Positions 1 to 9,429 of a stretch of DNA of 32,000 nt are shown one piece after another; positions within the stretch are counted from its first letter, which is position 1, and every line of letters begins with the position of its first letter. Source of the DNA: Pirellula staleyi DSM 6068. Lineage in GTDB: Bacteria > Planctomycetota > Planctomycetia > Pirellulales > Pirellulaceae. Location of the stretch: the NCBI GenBank assembly GCA_000025185.1, contig CP001848.1, forward strand, positions 4,590,001-4,622,000. The letters are read 5' to 3'. The position numbers and the translations under genes were made by a program. Below the pieces are notes generated by a model that searched no databases, was not told the origin of the DNA, and saw only the letters and a program-made list of their open reading frames with translations.

Positions 1-1193
1 CTACTGCTCCGAGCGAGAAGATTACTCTCGGTGTGATCGGCATTGGCCCACGCTGCACCTACGACATGAAGTCGATCTTGCCGATGGGGGATGTTCAGTG
101 CGTGGCGATTGCCGATGTCCAAGCATCGCGACGTGATGCGGGAAAAAAACTAGTCGACGACCACTACAAAAACGCCGACTGCAAACTCTATCGCGACTTT
201 CGTGAACTTCTGGATCGCAAAGATATCGATGCAGTGCTGATCGCCACCGGCGATCGCTGGCATGCAGCCGCCTCGATCATGGCGGCCCAAGCTGGGAAGG
301 ATGTCTATAGCGAGAAGCCTTGCGGAATCACGATTGCCGATTGCCAAAAACTGGCCGACACCATGCATGCCGAGAAGCGCGTGTTTCAGGCAGGTACGCA
401 GCGGCGCAGCGTTCTGAATTTTCAGAAAGCAGTCGAACTGGCTCACTCGGGGAAACTTGGCAAGTTACAGACGATGCACGCATCGGTTTATGTACCGACG
501 CTCGATAACACCTGGCTCCCTGCGGAACCAACACCAGCGCGCGATGTTGTCGACTGGAATCTCTGGCTCGGCCCATCCGCTTGGCGACCGTACAACCAGC
601 AGTATGTCGGGGGAAAGTGGCGCGGGCAGTGGGATTTTGACTCCGGCGCTCGACTACTTGACTGGGGTGCTCATACGGTCGATCTGTGCCAATGGGCTAA
701 TCAAGCGGACAACACTTTGCCAATCGATTACGAGCCGACCGAGAACAGCATCGTCTGCCGCTATGCCAACGGCGTGAAGCTAGTGATCGATTTCCTGCAA
801 GCACCGTTTGGAGACCGTGCGCCTCATTACATCACCCGACTCGGCACTTGTCCCGTCCGATTCATCGGTGATGAAGGCTCGGTGGAAACGGGAGATGAGG
901 GAGAGATCGTCGCCTCGTCGAGCACACTACAGAAGCAACTCGATGGTACCAAGCGCGTTCGTGGTCTCGATGTTTCGACGCATGCCCGCGACTTCTTCGA
1001 CTGCATGCGATCGCGCGAAAAGACCGCTGCGAATCCCGACGTGATGCGACGTTCGCACATCGCTTGTCATGCCGCCGCGATCGCTTGGATTCTGAAACGG
1101 AAGCTCACAATCGATCCTGTCACGGAGACGTTTGTTAGCGATCCGGAAGCGAACCTGCTCAGGTCACGTCCTGCTCGCGAATGGGCCGTGTAG
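1..1193 (+). CDS. Gfo/Idh/MocA-family NAD(P)-dependent oxidoreductase (5' end cut by window edge)
   Basis: ORF track 33..1193. The same frame stays open back to nt 3 (TAPSEKITLGVIGIGPRC), so the Rossmann 'GVIGIG' start sits at the edge and the true start is upstream of the window. 'DAVLIATGDRWHA' and 'YSEKPCG' (EKP motif) are typical of the family. Confidence 0.85.
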   Translation, partial: TAPSEKITLGVIGIGPRCTYDMKSILPMGDVQCVAIADVQASRRDAGKKLVDDHYKNADCKLYRDFRELLDRKDIDAVLIATGDRWHAAASIMAAQAGKDVYSEKPCGITIADCQKLADTMHAEKRVFQAGTQRRSVLNFQKAVELAHSGKLGKLQTMHASVYVPTLDNTWLPAEPTPARDVVDWNLWLGPSAWRPYNQQYVGGKWRGQWDFDSGARLLDWGAHTVDLCQWANQADNTLPIDYEPTENSIVCRYANGVKLVIDFLQAPFGDRAPHYITRLGTCPVRFIGDEGSVETGDEGEIVASSSTLQKQLDGTKRVRGLDVSTHARDFFDCMRSREKTAANPDVMRRSHIACHAAAIAWILKRKLTIDPVTETFVSDPEANLLRSRPAREWAV

Positions 1194-1342
1194 AGCGTAC
1201 TGAGCAAATGGAGAACGCGTTGAAGCTCTAAGCTTCCAAGCATCGCTGGAGCTTCATGCAATCTGACGTTTGAGCTCGCGCCGATAGCAAGAGCGGCTGT
1301 TGTGCCTGAAGCAGACAGCCAGCTGCAGATTGGAAAAGATCC

Positions 1343-3847
1343 CTAAGGGTTAGCGAATTCGACCTTCATGGCTTTTGTATCGACGCGCACTTCATCGGCG
1401 GAATTCGGCTGCCAATTCGAAACCTCCATGACCCGCTGTCCATTGATGGGTGCCGAGAGAAACAGCTGAATTTCTTTCCACGAATTGAAGAAGACCACGC
1501 TTTCACCCGAGTCGCGATGACGCAGGTAAACCGCTCCCGATTCAATGTAGGGGCCGCCGTGTGAGCCGATTTCGAAAGTGACGCGATGAATGCCTCGCGC
1601 AATTCGAACTTCGCCCGATCCACCGACATCCTTGCCGTTGATCGAAAAACGCCCGCCGCGAGTGATCTCGAGGCTGTAAGTGGCATCTTCAGGAATAGCG
1701 ATACTGGCAGTGCCGATGTACGAGATCTCATCAAATGGGATTCGGCCGCGAACCGTATCTTGAATTTCACGGCTCCAGAGATTGGCATTGGGTACCAGCA
1801 TGTTCACCACCGGATAAGGCTTGCGTTTATCCGAGTAATACAAGTAGACCCCGAGGAACGACTGAAAGGCTGTGTTCGAATTTCGGTTAGGAACTTTCCA
1901 TTCCCCTGGGCCGCTAGCGGCTGGTGGAGTGGTGGGCCGAGTGGGGTCAGTTGGACTAGCGGCCACGGCTGTGGGTGAGGGCTGCACGCTGGCCAGACGC
2001 TCGTTGAGCTCTGTGAGGTACTTTTCGACGCGCGCCTTTTCCAGGCCTGCGAGTTGACCGACGCAGCGGTCGTACCAGTACTTCGCTCGCTTCAGGAGTT
2101 CGGGCTCCATTTCGGCTGTCATCTGCGAGGCCAAGGTGCGCCAGTCGTCCGCCAACTTTTTCTGATCGGCACTGCTTGAAGGGCGTCCGGAATCGGCTTG
2201 TGCCACCGCAGCAAAAATGCCGCCGCTCTTGGAAAGATGAAAAATACCTTTCTCGAGCTCCCCTTTTTGGAACCAGTACCATTTGCCCAACGTTTCGTGA
2301 GCTGATGCATTGCTCGGATCGCTCGTGAGTTGCTGCAGCGCGGCGTCGACCACTTTATAGAGCTGCTCACGCTGCTTCATTTTGGTCGCGCCAGCCGTAA
2401 TCCGTTCGGTCGCCTCGCGATTCTTGGCGGTTTTAGCAATCGTGAGTGCTGCCCGGCCAAGTTCTGTGGCGGCGGTGTACTGATCGGCTTCGATATAGCG
2501 GAGGAACTCTTTTTCCGCGATCTCGAGTGCTTCCAGTCGGTCGGCAGCGGTTCCATTTTCCGATGCTTCCACGAGTAGCTTGGCCGAATCGGCGGCGATG
2601 TTCACGTCGAACGATTCAGAAGCTTCCTGCAGATACTGTAGCGCACGCTGGAGTTCGCCCGCTTCAAGGGCGAGTGAGCGCGACAGTAGCAGCGCAGCTA
2701 AACGGACTTCGGGAGGATTATTCGTATCACGTCCTTGCTGCGCAATTTCATCCGCCACCACCATCTTCGCCGCAGGTGCTTTCGCCTCGTCGAGACGAAC
2801 AGAATAGACTTCGCGAATCTGTCCCTCGGCCGATTTCAGTTGATCGTCGGATGGAACTGGTAGCAGTGATTTCGAAGGTGGGTCGGCAGGAAACGGCGCG
2901 GGGATGTTTGGCTCGGGAACATTGGGGAGCGGTGCCGTCTCGGTTTCATTCGATGTCTCTCCTGGGAATGCTCCAGGAGGAGTGACTGCAGGTGGCGCGG
3001 GGACCGGAGTGCTCATTTCAGGCGGAATGCTCGGATCAGTACCAGGTGATTCTGGCTCCGGAGGCTGTGGCACTGAAGTTTCGGGATCGGTGGTGCCAGG
3101 GGGCGTAGTGCTCGATTCACTTGGAAGCACTCCGGGATCGGCTACTGGAACCACCGGGGGAGGGGCGGGGGGACCGCTGAGGTTTTCGCCATTGGCGGGC
3201 GGAGTTGGATTGTTGACCACTTGGTTGTCGCCACTCATCGAGTACACGACGACAACACCCATCAGCAGAATCAGCAAGAATCCGGAGGCTCCCGCTGCAA
3301 TCAATAGCAGTGGCGACTTTTGAGCGGGTGGTGTATCGACTAGGGCCGCGAACTCGCTTACTGGAGTTGTTGGGTCAGTAGCGGCTGCAGCAAACGCTGG
3401 CGGTGCTACAGAGGGGGCAGCCAAAGGTGGCGGAGGAGGTGGTGGTGGCTCGATGGCTGGAGGAGTGCTGACTGCAGCGATCGGCCGAGCAACAGGCAAC
3501 GCCTTTTTGGGAGGGGGAGCGCTGGCAATACCCGACGAGGCATCAGCCAATTTCGACTTCAGCTGCGCGTCGTACTTGGCTTTAGTTTCAGGCACGAGCA
3601 AACAGGTGCTGGCAGCCGAGACTTCACCGAGCAATTTCTCAGCGAGCTTTCCATTGGGCCCAATCGACATCCGACGCAGATGATCCATGTGCCGATCGGC
3701 TGCATGTTCAATCACGGAAAGGTCGGACTCGAATCGCCGCACACCGAGCAAACGATAGTGGTCGGCGGGCTGTTCTTCGGGAGGAATTCCGAGCCAGCGA
3801 TGATAGGGATTAAACAGGTCGGTCACACAAATCCCCTCGGCTAACAA
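1343..3847 (-). CDS. Bitopic membrane protein: HPD-less J-like N-terminal domain, Pro-rich linkers, one TM helix, helical repeat region, C-terminal beta-rich domain
   Basis: 834-aa ORF. N-terminus 'NPYHRWLGIPPEEQPADHYRLLGVRRFESDLSVIEHAADRHMDHLRRM...KAKYDAQL' follows the J-domain helix pattern but lacks HPD. TM helix 'LLLIAAGASGFLLILLMGVVVVY' (about nt 3236-3316). Pro-rich stretch about nt 2852-3208. The start is ambiguous: TTG at 3847, or GTG at 3826 preceded by GAGG. Confidence 0.8.
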   Translation of the reverse strand: MLAEGICVTDLFNPYHRWLGIPPEEQPADHYRLLGVRRFESDLSVIEHAADRHMDHLRRMSIGPNGKLAEKLLGEVSAASTCLLVPETKAKYDAQLKSKLADASSGIASAPPPKKALPVARPIAAVSTPPAIEPPPPPPPPLAAPSVAPPAFAAAATDPTTPVSEFAALVDTPPAQKSPLLLIAAGASGFLLILLMGVVVVYSMSGDNQVVNNPTPPANGENLSGPPAPPPVVPVADPGVLPSESSTTPPGTTDPETSVPQPPEPESPGTDPSIPPEMSTPVPAPPAVTPPGAFPGETSNETETAPLPNVPEPNIPAPFPADPPSKSLLPVPSDDQLKSAEGQIREVYSVRLDEAKAPAAKMVVADEIAQQGRDTNNPPEVRLAALLLSRSLALEAGELQRALQYLQEASESFDVNIAADSAKLLVEASENGTAADRLEALEIAEKEFLRYIEADQYTAATELGRAALTIAKTAKNREATERITAGATKMKQREQLYKVVDAALQQLTSDPSNASAHETLGKWYWFQKGELEKGIFHLSKSGGIFAAVAQADSGRPSSSADQKKLADDWRTLASQMTAEMEPELLKRAKYWYDRCVGQLAGLEKARVEKYLTELNERLASVQPSPTAVAASPTDPTRPTTPPAASGPGEWKVPNRNSNTAFQSFLGVYLYYSDKRKPYPVVNMLVPNANLWSREIQDTVRGRIPFDEISYIGTASIAIPEDATYSLEITRGGRFSINGKDVGGSGEVRIARGIHRVTFEIGSHGGPYIESGAVYLRHRDSGESVVFFNSWKEIQLFLSAPINGQRVMEVSNWQPNSADEVRVDTKAMKVEFANP

Positions 3848-4042
3848 TGCAGTGGATGCCAGCTAGATTTTAAGTGGCAAGCCGATATCGCACAACACTT
3901 TCGGTGGGCTCGATGGACCTCAATTACAATTCCCCCACAATTAAACGCAACTTTTTGGGCAATCTACGGACTTTAGTGCCATATCAACCGAAGCATGCCC
4001 GGCCATCTCTGCCTTGCCCTCGTAGCACCAGGTTGAGTTAGA

Positions 4043-4071
4043 AGAGCCTCGTGAGCACCCTGAGAGGCTCT
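4043..4071 (-). terminator. Possible hairpin downstream of the cupin gene
   Basis: 8-bp perfect stem agagcctc / gaggctct with a 13-nt loop, about 200 nt after the cupin stop. No U-tract on either strand. Confidence 0.25.
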
Positions 4072-4267
4072 CCCTAAGCACCGCGCCATGAACTAGCAGC
4101 ACGACGGGCAATGCCGCGTCTACGCACGGCTAGTTTTTGCATCGCGCCGGCACGACCACTCGGTCGCAGATGCACGCAGTTGCAATACCCTGCCGCGGAA
4201 ATGTTGGCGAAGCATGGGAATCGCGAGAGCGCTGTTTGTTATCGCGGGACGATTGCCCGATTCGCCA

Positions 4268-4744
4268 TCAGTGCGGAGGCAAGAGCAAGGTGACACCATA
4301 CTGCGGTGCTGCGGCAATCACGCGTTCGATATCAGCGGGAGTGATTGGGGGCACAGGATCGGTGATCAAGCAGGGTGTTCCGATCGAGATGAACATTTTC
4401 TCAAGCCCGGCCGGTGCCACGGAGATGATCATCCGCGCGGGCTTCTCTGTTTGATTGCGAAAGCTATGCGCTGTGCCACGCGACACGTTCGCAAACATCC
4501 CGGGAGTTGCCACCACTGTCTGGTCGCCGATCGTGAAGGTGATTTCACCCTCGAGAATGTAGAACGACTCCTCTTCACGCGAGTGGATATGCGGAGGTGG
4601 TCCACCCCCTGGTCCCACCACCGCTTCCCACATGGCGTAGGCGCCACCCGTTTCATCACCCGTGACCAAAAAACGATAGATATCACCGACGATCGCAAAG
4701 GTTTTTCCTTCGTCAGTCGTGCGTACTGTGGCGGGATGTGTCAT
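4268..4744 (-). CDS. Cupin-domain protein (cupin_2 type, metal-binding)
   Basis: 158-aa ORF. Cupin motif 1 is 'GGGPPPHIHSREEESFYILEG'; motif 2 is 'GMFANVSRGTAHSFRN'. Confidence 0.85.
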   Translation of the reverse strand: MTHPATVRTTDEGKTFAIVGDIYRFLVTGDETGGAYAMWEAVVGPGGGPPPHIHSREEESFYILEGEITFTIGDQTVVATPGMFANVSRGTAHSFRNQTEKPARMIISVAPAGLEKMFISIGTPCLITDPVPPITPADIERVIAAAPQYGVTLLLPPH

Positions 4745-4873
4745 GGCGCTGGAGCTCGTCGTCGCTGGCTGCTGAAAAAGAACGCTTGCCGTAACTACAA
4801 ATTACAGCACTCTAACTTACACGCAGCGCTGCGGCTTGTCAGTCTGCTTGGCACTGGCCGCGTGTGAACTTGT

Positions 4874-5704
4874 TCATCCAGCGACTTCGAGAAGTGGCGC
4901 AAGGAGTTGCCCGGTAAAAATCGTAATCGCCGCGCCTCCTAGCAGGACACGATCGCCACGCACTTCCACCGCGACTTCGCCGCCACGCTGCGACGCTTGA
5001 TACCCCAGCATGCTCGGCTTACCAAGTTTGGAAGCCCAGTACCCCGCTAAACAACAATGGGCCGAACCTGTGACAGGGTCTTCGTTAATTCCGGCAGCAG
5101 GCGCAAAGAAGCGCGAGAGGAAATCATACTTAGGCGAATTCGTACCCTGCGAATTGCTTGCCTTAGCGGTGAGGATGAAGCCGCGACCTTCCGCTTTGCC
5201 TAAGCGATCGAAATTCGGACAGGCCTCGAGCACTTCACGCTCGGTTGCCACCTCCACAAGCCAGTCGAATCGCCCTTTTCCGGTGTAAACCGGCGCAACA
5301 CCGAGCGCTTCGCGCAGTTCCTCAGGCAGCTGCTGTGGTGCCTGCTCGATCAGCGGAAAATCGAGCTCAATCCGCTCCCCGCGCGGCGCTGCAATCAGTC
5401 TTCCACTCCGTGTGGAAAACGTGATCGGCAACCCCGTTTCAGCTGCGGCAATTTCCCATAAATAGTGCGCCGCCGCCAAGGTTGCATGACCACACAAATC
5501 AACCTCGATCGCCGGTGTAAACCAGCGAAGCTCAAAATGGTCGCCGCGTCGCACCGCAAAAGCGGTTTCCGATTGGTTCATCTCTCGGGCCACCATCAGC
5601 AATTGCTGATCGGCAGGCCAGTGTGGCAGCAGAAACACTACCGCTGGATTTCCCCGGTAGGCCTCGGCTGTAAAGGCATCGACAAGCGCGAAAGGACGTG
5701 GCAT
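4874..5704 (-). CDS. PhzF-family (phenazine biosynthesis-like) isomerase/epimerase
   Basis: The ORF track gives 4874..5830. I place the start at ATG 5704 (MPRPFALVDAFT...), preceded by GAGGAA 8 nt upstream. Family motifs: 'GNPAVVFLL', 'SETAF', 'RWFTPAIEVDLCGHATLAAAH', 'GSAHCCLAGYW'. Confidence 0.85.
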   Translation of the reverse strand: MPRPFALVDAFTAEAYRGNPAVVFLLPHWPADQQLLMVAREMNQSETAFAVRRGDHFELRWFTPAIEVDLCGHATLAAAHYLWEIAAAETGLPITFSTRSGRLIAAPRGERIELDFPLIEQAPQQLPEELREALGVAPVYTGKGRFDWLVEVATEREVLEACPNFDRLGKAEGRGFILTAKASNSQGTNSPKYDFLSRFFAPAAGINEDPVTGSAHCCLAGYWASKLGKPSMLGYQASQRGGEVAVEVRGDRVLLGGAAITIFTGQLLAPLLEVAG

Positions 5705-5880
5705 CGAATCGTTTCCTCGAAACAGCAGATCGAACGTAGAGCCTCGGCATAACGCCACAGCGGTTGATGGCAGTACGACAATCACGAGTGCCGACAGGTT
5801 CGCCCTTACCAAGGCTAGTAATTGCCCCATCCGACTCGTACACTCGCTCGCACTGCCCCATTTTCACAACAATCAAAGGA

Positions 5881-6792
5881 ATGCTGATGGTACCGCAACC
5901 TCTCCGCGCCATGTTCAGTCAGCTGACACTGGCAACCACCATGCTCGCCACCATGGTTAGCTTTACTCGAGCTGACGAAAAAAATGTCTACCCACTTTGG
6001 CCCGAGAAATCGGTTCCCGGTGAGACCGGCACCATCGGCGAGGAGCATGTCCTTCCCGATCGCGAAGGCCAAAAGAAAGTGATGCGTGTCACGAACGTCA
6101 CCGTCCCCACGCTCACGGTCTATCAGCCAGTTGCCGAGAAACGTTCGAAGACGGCGGTGGTGATTTGCCCCGGTGGCGGCTATTCGATTTTGGCCTGGGA
6201 TCTCGAAGGGACCGAAGTCGCCGAGTGGCTCAATTCTATTGGAGTCACAGCTGTGGTATTGAAGTACCGCGTCCCAGCTCGCGAAAAGAGCAATCTCGCG
6301 CCGCTACAAGATGTTCAGCGGGCCATTCGCATCGTGCGATCCCAGGCAGCTGACCTCGATATCGATGCCAACCATATCGGCGTGCTGGGCTTCTCTGCAG
6401 GTGGCAACCTCGCCGCCCGCGCTTGCTTACACGACGAACAAAAATCGTATGACAAGCTCGATGCCATCGATGATCTCTCGTGCAAACCCAACTTTGGCGT
6501 GCTGGTCTATCCCGCATATTTGCACGACGAGAAAGGGGGACTCAAACCCGAGTATGCCCCGACCGAAACAACGCCGCCGATCTTTTTTGCTCACGCCTTC
6601 AACGACCCGGTGAAGCCGGAGAGCAGCATCGCTTTGTTCCAAGCACTGCGCGCGAAAGGGGTGAGTGGGGAACTACATATCTACTCGCAAGGTGGTCACG
6701 GCTTCGGGCTACGCAAGAGCGACGATCCTGTTTCGACATGGCCCGCCCGCTGTGCTGAATGGATGACGCGTGAAAAACTGATCGCCCACTAA
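5881..6792 (+). CDS. Secreted alpha/beta hydrolase (acetyl-esterase/lipase-like)
   Basis: The ORF track gives 5764..6792. Probable start is ATG 5881 or 5887 (AAGGA at 5876-5880), giving the signal-like N-terminus 'MLMVPQPLRAMFSQLTLATTMLATMVSFTRA'. Oxyanion region 'VVICPGGGY', nucleophile elbow 'GFSAGG', C-terminal 'GGHGFGL'. Confidence 0.85.
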   Translation: MLMVPQPLRAMFSQLTLATTMLATMVSFTRADEKNVYPLWPEKSVPGETGTIGEEHVLPDREGQKKVMRVTNVTVPTLTVYQPVAEKRSKTAVVICPGGGYSILAWDLEGTEVAEWLNSIGVTAVVLKYRVPAREKSNLAPLQDVQRAIRIVRSQAADLDIDANHIGVLGFSAGGNLAARACLHDEQKSYDKLDAIDDLSCKPNFGVLVYPAYLHDEKGGLKPEYAPTETTPPIFFAHAFNDPVKPESSIALFQALRAKGVSGELHIYSQGGHGFGLRKSDDPVSTWPARCAEWMTREKLIAH

Positions 6793-6832
6793 TTGGCGAT
6801 GTAGATTTGCGGCAGGACGAGACAACCAATCG

Positions 6833-6860
6833 GAGTCTCCCGCTAACTTCAGGGAGACTC
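6833..6860. terminator. Hairpin between convergent genes (possible bidirectional terminator)
   Basis: 9-bp perfect stem gagtctccc (6833-6841) / gggagactc (6852-6860) with a 10-nt loop. It lies in the 99-nt gap between the hydrolase stop (6792) and the cytochrome stop (6892). No clear U-tract. Confidence 0.45.
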
Positions 6861-6891
6861 GGGAGGGATTTCTCGGCGAGGAATTAAGTCA

Positions 6892-9429
6892 CTACTTAGG
6901 ACTTACCGGTGTCACGGTTTTCACTGCAGGGGGCCTGGGAGCTTGCATACGGGTAGAAGCTTCCAGTTCGCGGCGCAGCTGCAGAATCGCCTGATTATCA
7001 GGCCACGCTTGCAGCACCTTCTCCGTGACGGCAAGTGCTTCGCGGAATCGACCACTATCGCGATAGAACACTGCCAAGTAATAGCCATAGTCAAACGCGC
7101 GCGGCTCGAGCAAGTGCGACATCAGGAGAGAATGCTCGGCCTCTTTGTGCCAGCCTTGCAGGTGCTGCGAGAGCCCTAGACGACTCTGCACAATCGCCTC
7201 TGCCGGCACGAGCTGAGCATCCCGCTCGAGCAAGTCGTGCTCGGTGCTACGGAGTTCTTTAGCGCGTGACATTTTCGCGCGAACGCTCGTTTCGAGCGCT
7301 GCCGTCGATTCATTCGGTTTCGCGTTTTGGCTCACAAGCGTTTGGAGTTCCTCGGCGGCATCTTGTGCTTGACGCTCGAGGAGTGACGCGAGATTGGCAC
7401 GAGCGCCGCGAGATCCTGGCTCAAGGCGAATTGCAGTTTCATAAGCTGCAATCGCCGCCTCGGGATCGCCGAGCGACTCTTCCAGCACACCCATCATGAT
7501 GTGAGCGCCACCGCTATCGCTGCCGGTCATCAGCGCGTCGCGATACTCCGCGAGTGCTTTGGCAAAACTCTCGCGTTCAGCGGCATTGAAGTTTTGCAGC
7601 GATACCGACGACAGAACGCGAGCAGCCTCGGTTCTCACCAGTCGCGAGGGGTCGCTCAGCAGCGGCGTTAGCGCGGCGAGTTGTACGTCGGTTGTTGCCT
7701 GCTGTAACGCCACTACCGCTGCCGCGCGGACTTCCGATTTCTCATCGGCAAGCATCTTGCGGATGATCTTCTCAACGTCCTTGCCTTGCGAAATAAAGTT
7801 GCCAAGCTCCATAGCAAGTGTTGCGCGTACGATCGCAGGAACTTCGCGCTGCTCGGCCAGTTCCATCAACTTCTGGGGGGCATCGGGCGCGAGTGTACGA
7901 GCGGCGTCAAGCGCCGTGGCATAATGCGCAGGCTGCTTACGATCGGGGCCATACCACTTGCTGATTTGCTTATCGGCCCACGTATTGAGCCTCGTAATTT
8001 CCGCGGCCACTTCTTTCTCGCCGCCACGCGACTTGGCTAGCAAATGAGCATACGATTCGCTCCGTGTTGCCAATTTGCTTTGCGCCACTTTGGCATCACT
8101 CACGTGGCAACTGACGCACGCATTCGGGGTCCCGAGTTGCAGGCTCAAATCGGGGCGTGGCACGCGCAAACTGTGATCGCGGCGGGGATCGACCGCCATG
8201 TAAGTGGTCTCAGGCATGTGACAGTTCACACACGATGCGCCAGAGGAACCTTCCGGGTGATGATGGTGCGCGAATGTGTCGTACTTACCCGATGGATGCT
8301 GATGGCAACTCGTGCAGAGTTTGTTCCCCTCGAACTTTAGCTTTCCCGAGTGAGGCTGATGGCAATCGGTGCAGCGGATTCCTTTGTGGAACATCTTGCT
8401 CTGCACAAACGAGCCGTATTCGTACACTTCATCTTCGATCTGGCCATCGGCGTGGTACATCGTTTCGGCGAGTACTTCGTTGGCAAAAAAGTCGTGGAAG
8501 TTGCAATCAGCAGTGTGACCACCTGCGAGGGTACGACGGCGCGAATGACACGGCGCGCAAGCTTCGACTTGCGGAATGTTGCTGGTCGATTTCAGCTCGG
8601 CGAGACCGTAGCCCCGTTTGCGATCCCAAAACAGCGAATGAGAATTGGCCAGTTCAACGTGCACACTTCCGGGGCCATGACATGCTTCGCAGCCGACGTT
8701 GATATCGCTCCAACTGGTATGGTAGCTGGCGGTCGCAACATCGAAGTTCTTTTGCAGGTTCGTCGAGTGACAGTCAGCGCACATGCTGTTCCACCGCTGT
8801 GCCGAACCGGTCCAGTGCAGCTGATCTCCCGGCGGCAATTTACTAGCAACGTCGGGGGGATCGAGATGGAACCATTTCTTTTTCTTCGTGTCCCACGATA
8901 CGCGCAGCACTTGCAGTCGCCCGACTTCATTTTCTTTGAGCTCGGGCGAACGATCAAACTCCACCATGTACTGCTGCAGCGGATCGATACCAAGCACGTA
9001 CTTGATCTCGAAATCGGCAAGTTCACCCTCGGGACCTTCCGTGTTGATGAAGTACTTGCCGTCGCGCATGAACATCGTCGACGTAATGCCGTAATGTTCG
9101 AGCTTCGCGCCACTAAAATCGCCGATCACCTTATCGGGAGTGGCCCGATCCATCGCCAAATCGTGATGCGATCCGAGCCAGTCTTTGTGCTCCCCTTGAT
9201 GGCAACTGATGCACGACTGAGTTCCTACGAAGGTGGCTTTCGTTGTTTCTGGAACCGCCATCCAGTAGTCGGCAAAAATGGCGCTAAGGCCTGCTAAAAT
9301 CGCTCCCAGCACGCTGAGCAGAATCCACGCTCGCTGCGTGAAATGGGGAAAGCTCCAGCCCGGTTTGGGGGTCGAATCGCCCGCCGAATCAGCCGATTTG
9401 CTGGACTTTTTGGAGCTTCGCTGAGACAT
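6892..9429 (-). CDS. Membrane-anchored octahaem c-type cytochrome fused to HEAT and TPR repeats
   Basis: The ORF track gives 6892..10023. I start it at ATG 9429 (MSQRSSKKSSK...) because the upstream extension overlaps the opposite-strand Nudix-like gene. TM helix 'AWILLSVLGAILAGLSAIFADYW'. Eight CXXCH motifs, then HEAT-like 'EVRAAAVVAL...LVRTEAARVL' and TPR-like repeats. Confidence 0.85.
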   Translation of the reverse strand: MSQRSSKKSSKSADSAGDSTPKPGWSFPHFTQRAWILLSVLGAILAGLSAIFADYWMAVPETTKATFVGTQSCISCHQGEHKDWLGSHHDLAMDRATPDKVIGDFSGAKLEHYGITSTMFMRDGKYFINTEGPEGELADFEIKYVLGIDPLQQYMVEFDRSPELKENEVGRLQVLRVSWDTKKKKWFHLDPPDVASKLPPGDQLHWTGSAQRWNSMCADCHSTNLQKNFDVATASYHTSWSDINVGCEACHGPGSVHVELANSHSLFWDRKRGYGLAELKSTSNIPQVEACAPCHSRRRTLAGGHTADCNFHDFFANEVLAETMYHADGQIEDEVYEYGSFVQSKMFHKGIRCTDCHQPHSGKLKFEGNKLCTSCHQHPSGKYDTFAHHHHPEGSSGASCVNCHMPETTYMAVDPRRDHSLRVPRPDLSLQLGTPNACVSCHVSDAKVAQSKLATRSESYAHLLAKSRGGEKEVAAEITRLNTWADKQISKWYGPDRKQPAHYATALDAARTLAPDAPQKLMELAEQREVPAIVRATLAMELGNFISQGKDVEKIIRKMLADEKSEVRAAAVVALQQATTDVQLAALTPLLSDPSRLVRTEAARVLSSVSLQNFNAAERESFAKALAEYRDALMTGSDSGGAHIMMGVLEESLGDPEAAIAAYETAIRLEPGSRGARANLASLLERQAQDAAEELQTLVSQNAKPNESTAALETSVRAKMSRAKELRSTEHDLLERDAQLVPAEAIVQSRLGLSQHLQGWHKEAEHSLLMSHLLEPRAFDYGYYLAVFYRDSGRFREALAVTEKVLQAWPDNQAILQLRRELEASTRMQAPRPPAVKTVTPVSPK
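8104..9213 (-). other. Haem-binding module: eight CXXCH motifs
   Basis: CISCH (9199-9213), CADCH, CEACH, CAPCH, CTDCH, CTSCH, CVNCH, CVSCH (8104-8118), read directly from the translation. Confidence 0.85.

Noticed and set aside
1194-1342. Short stems between the convergent oxidoreductase and J-like genes (gaagct-cta-agcttc at 1222-1236; ggctgt/acagcc at 1295-1320)
   Set aside because: The stems are only 6 bp, with no U-tracts. They are too weak to call terminators.
3848-4267. 420-nt non-coding region scanned for tRNA or other RNA genes and small ORFs (4111..4293, 4120..4317, 4137..4454); also a TTGCGT-N16-TGTAAT match on the minus strand at 3923-3950
   Set aside because: No tRNA-like T-arm or acceptor pattern, or other RNA signature, was recognised. 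The small ORFs overlap each other, lack SDs and run into the cupin gene antisense. The promoter-like match is weak and unverified.
5705-5830. Upstream extensions of the PhzF ORF (to 5830), the esterase ORF (from 5764), the WD40 ORF (to 18672) and the acpS ORF (to 31276)
   Set aside because: In each case an internal ATG with a better SD or signal-peptide context coincides with the start of the conserved domain. The extensions are stop-free intergenic read-through.
8350-9297. 315-aa ORF antisense to the multihaem cytochrome gene (also 8157..8702)
   Set aside because: It mirrors the haem-motif region on the opposite strand and has no motifs of its own. The cytochrome frame carries eight CXXCH motifs and is clearly the real one.
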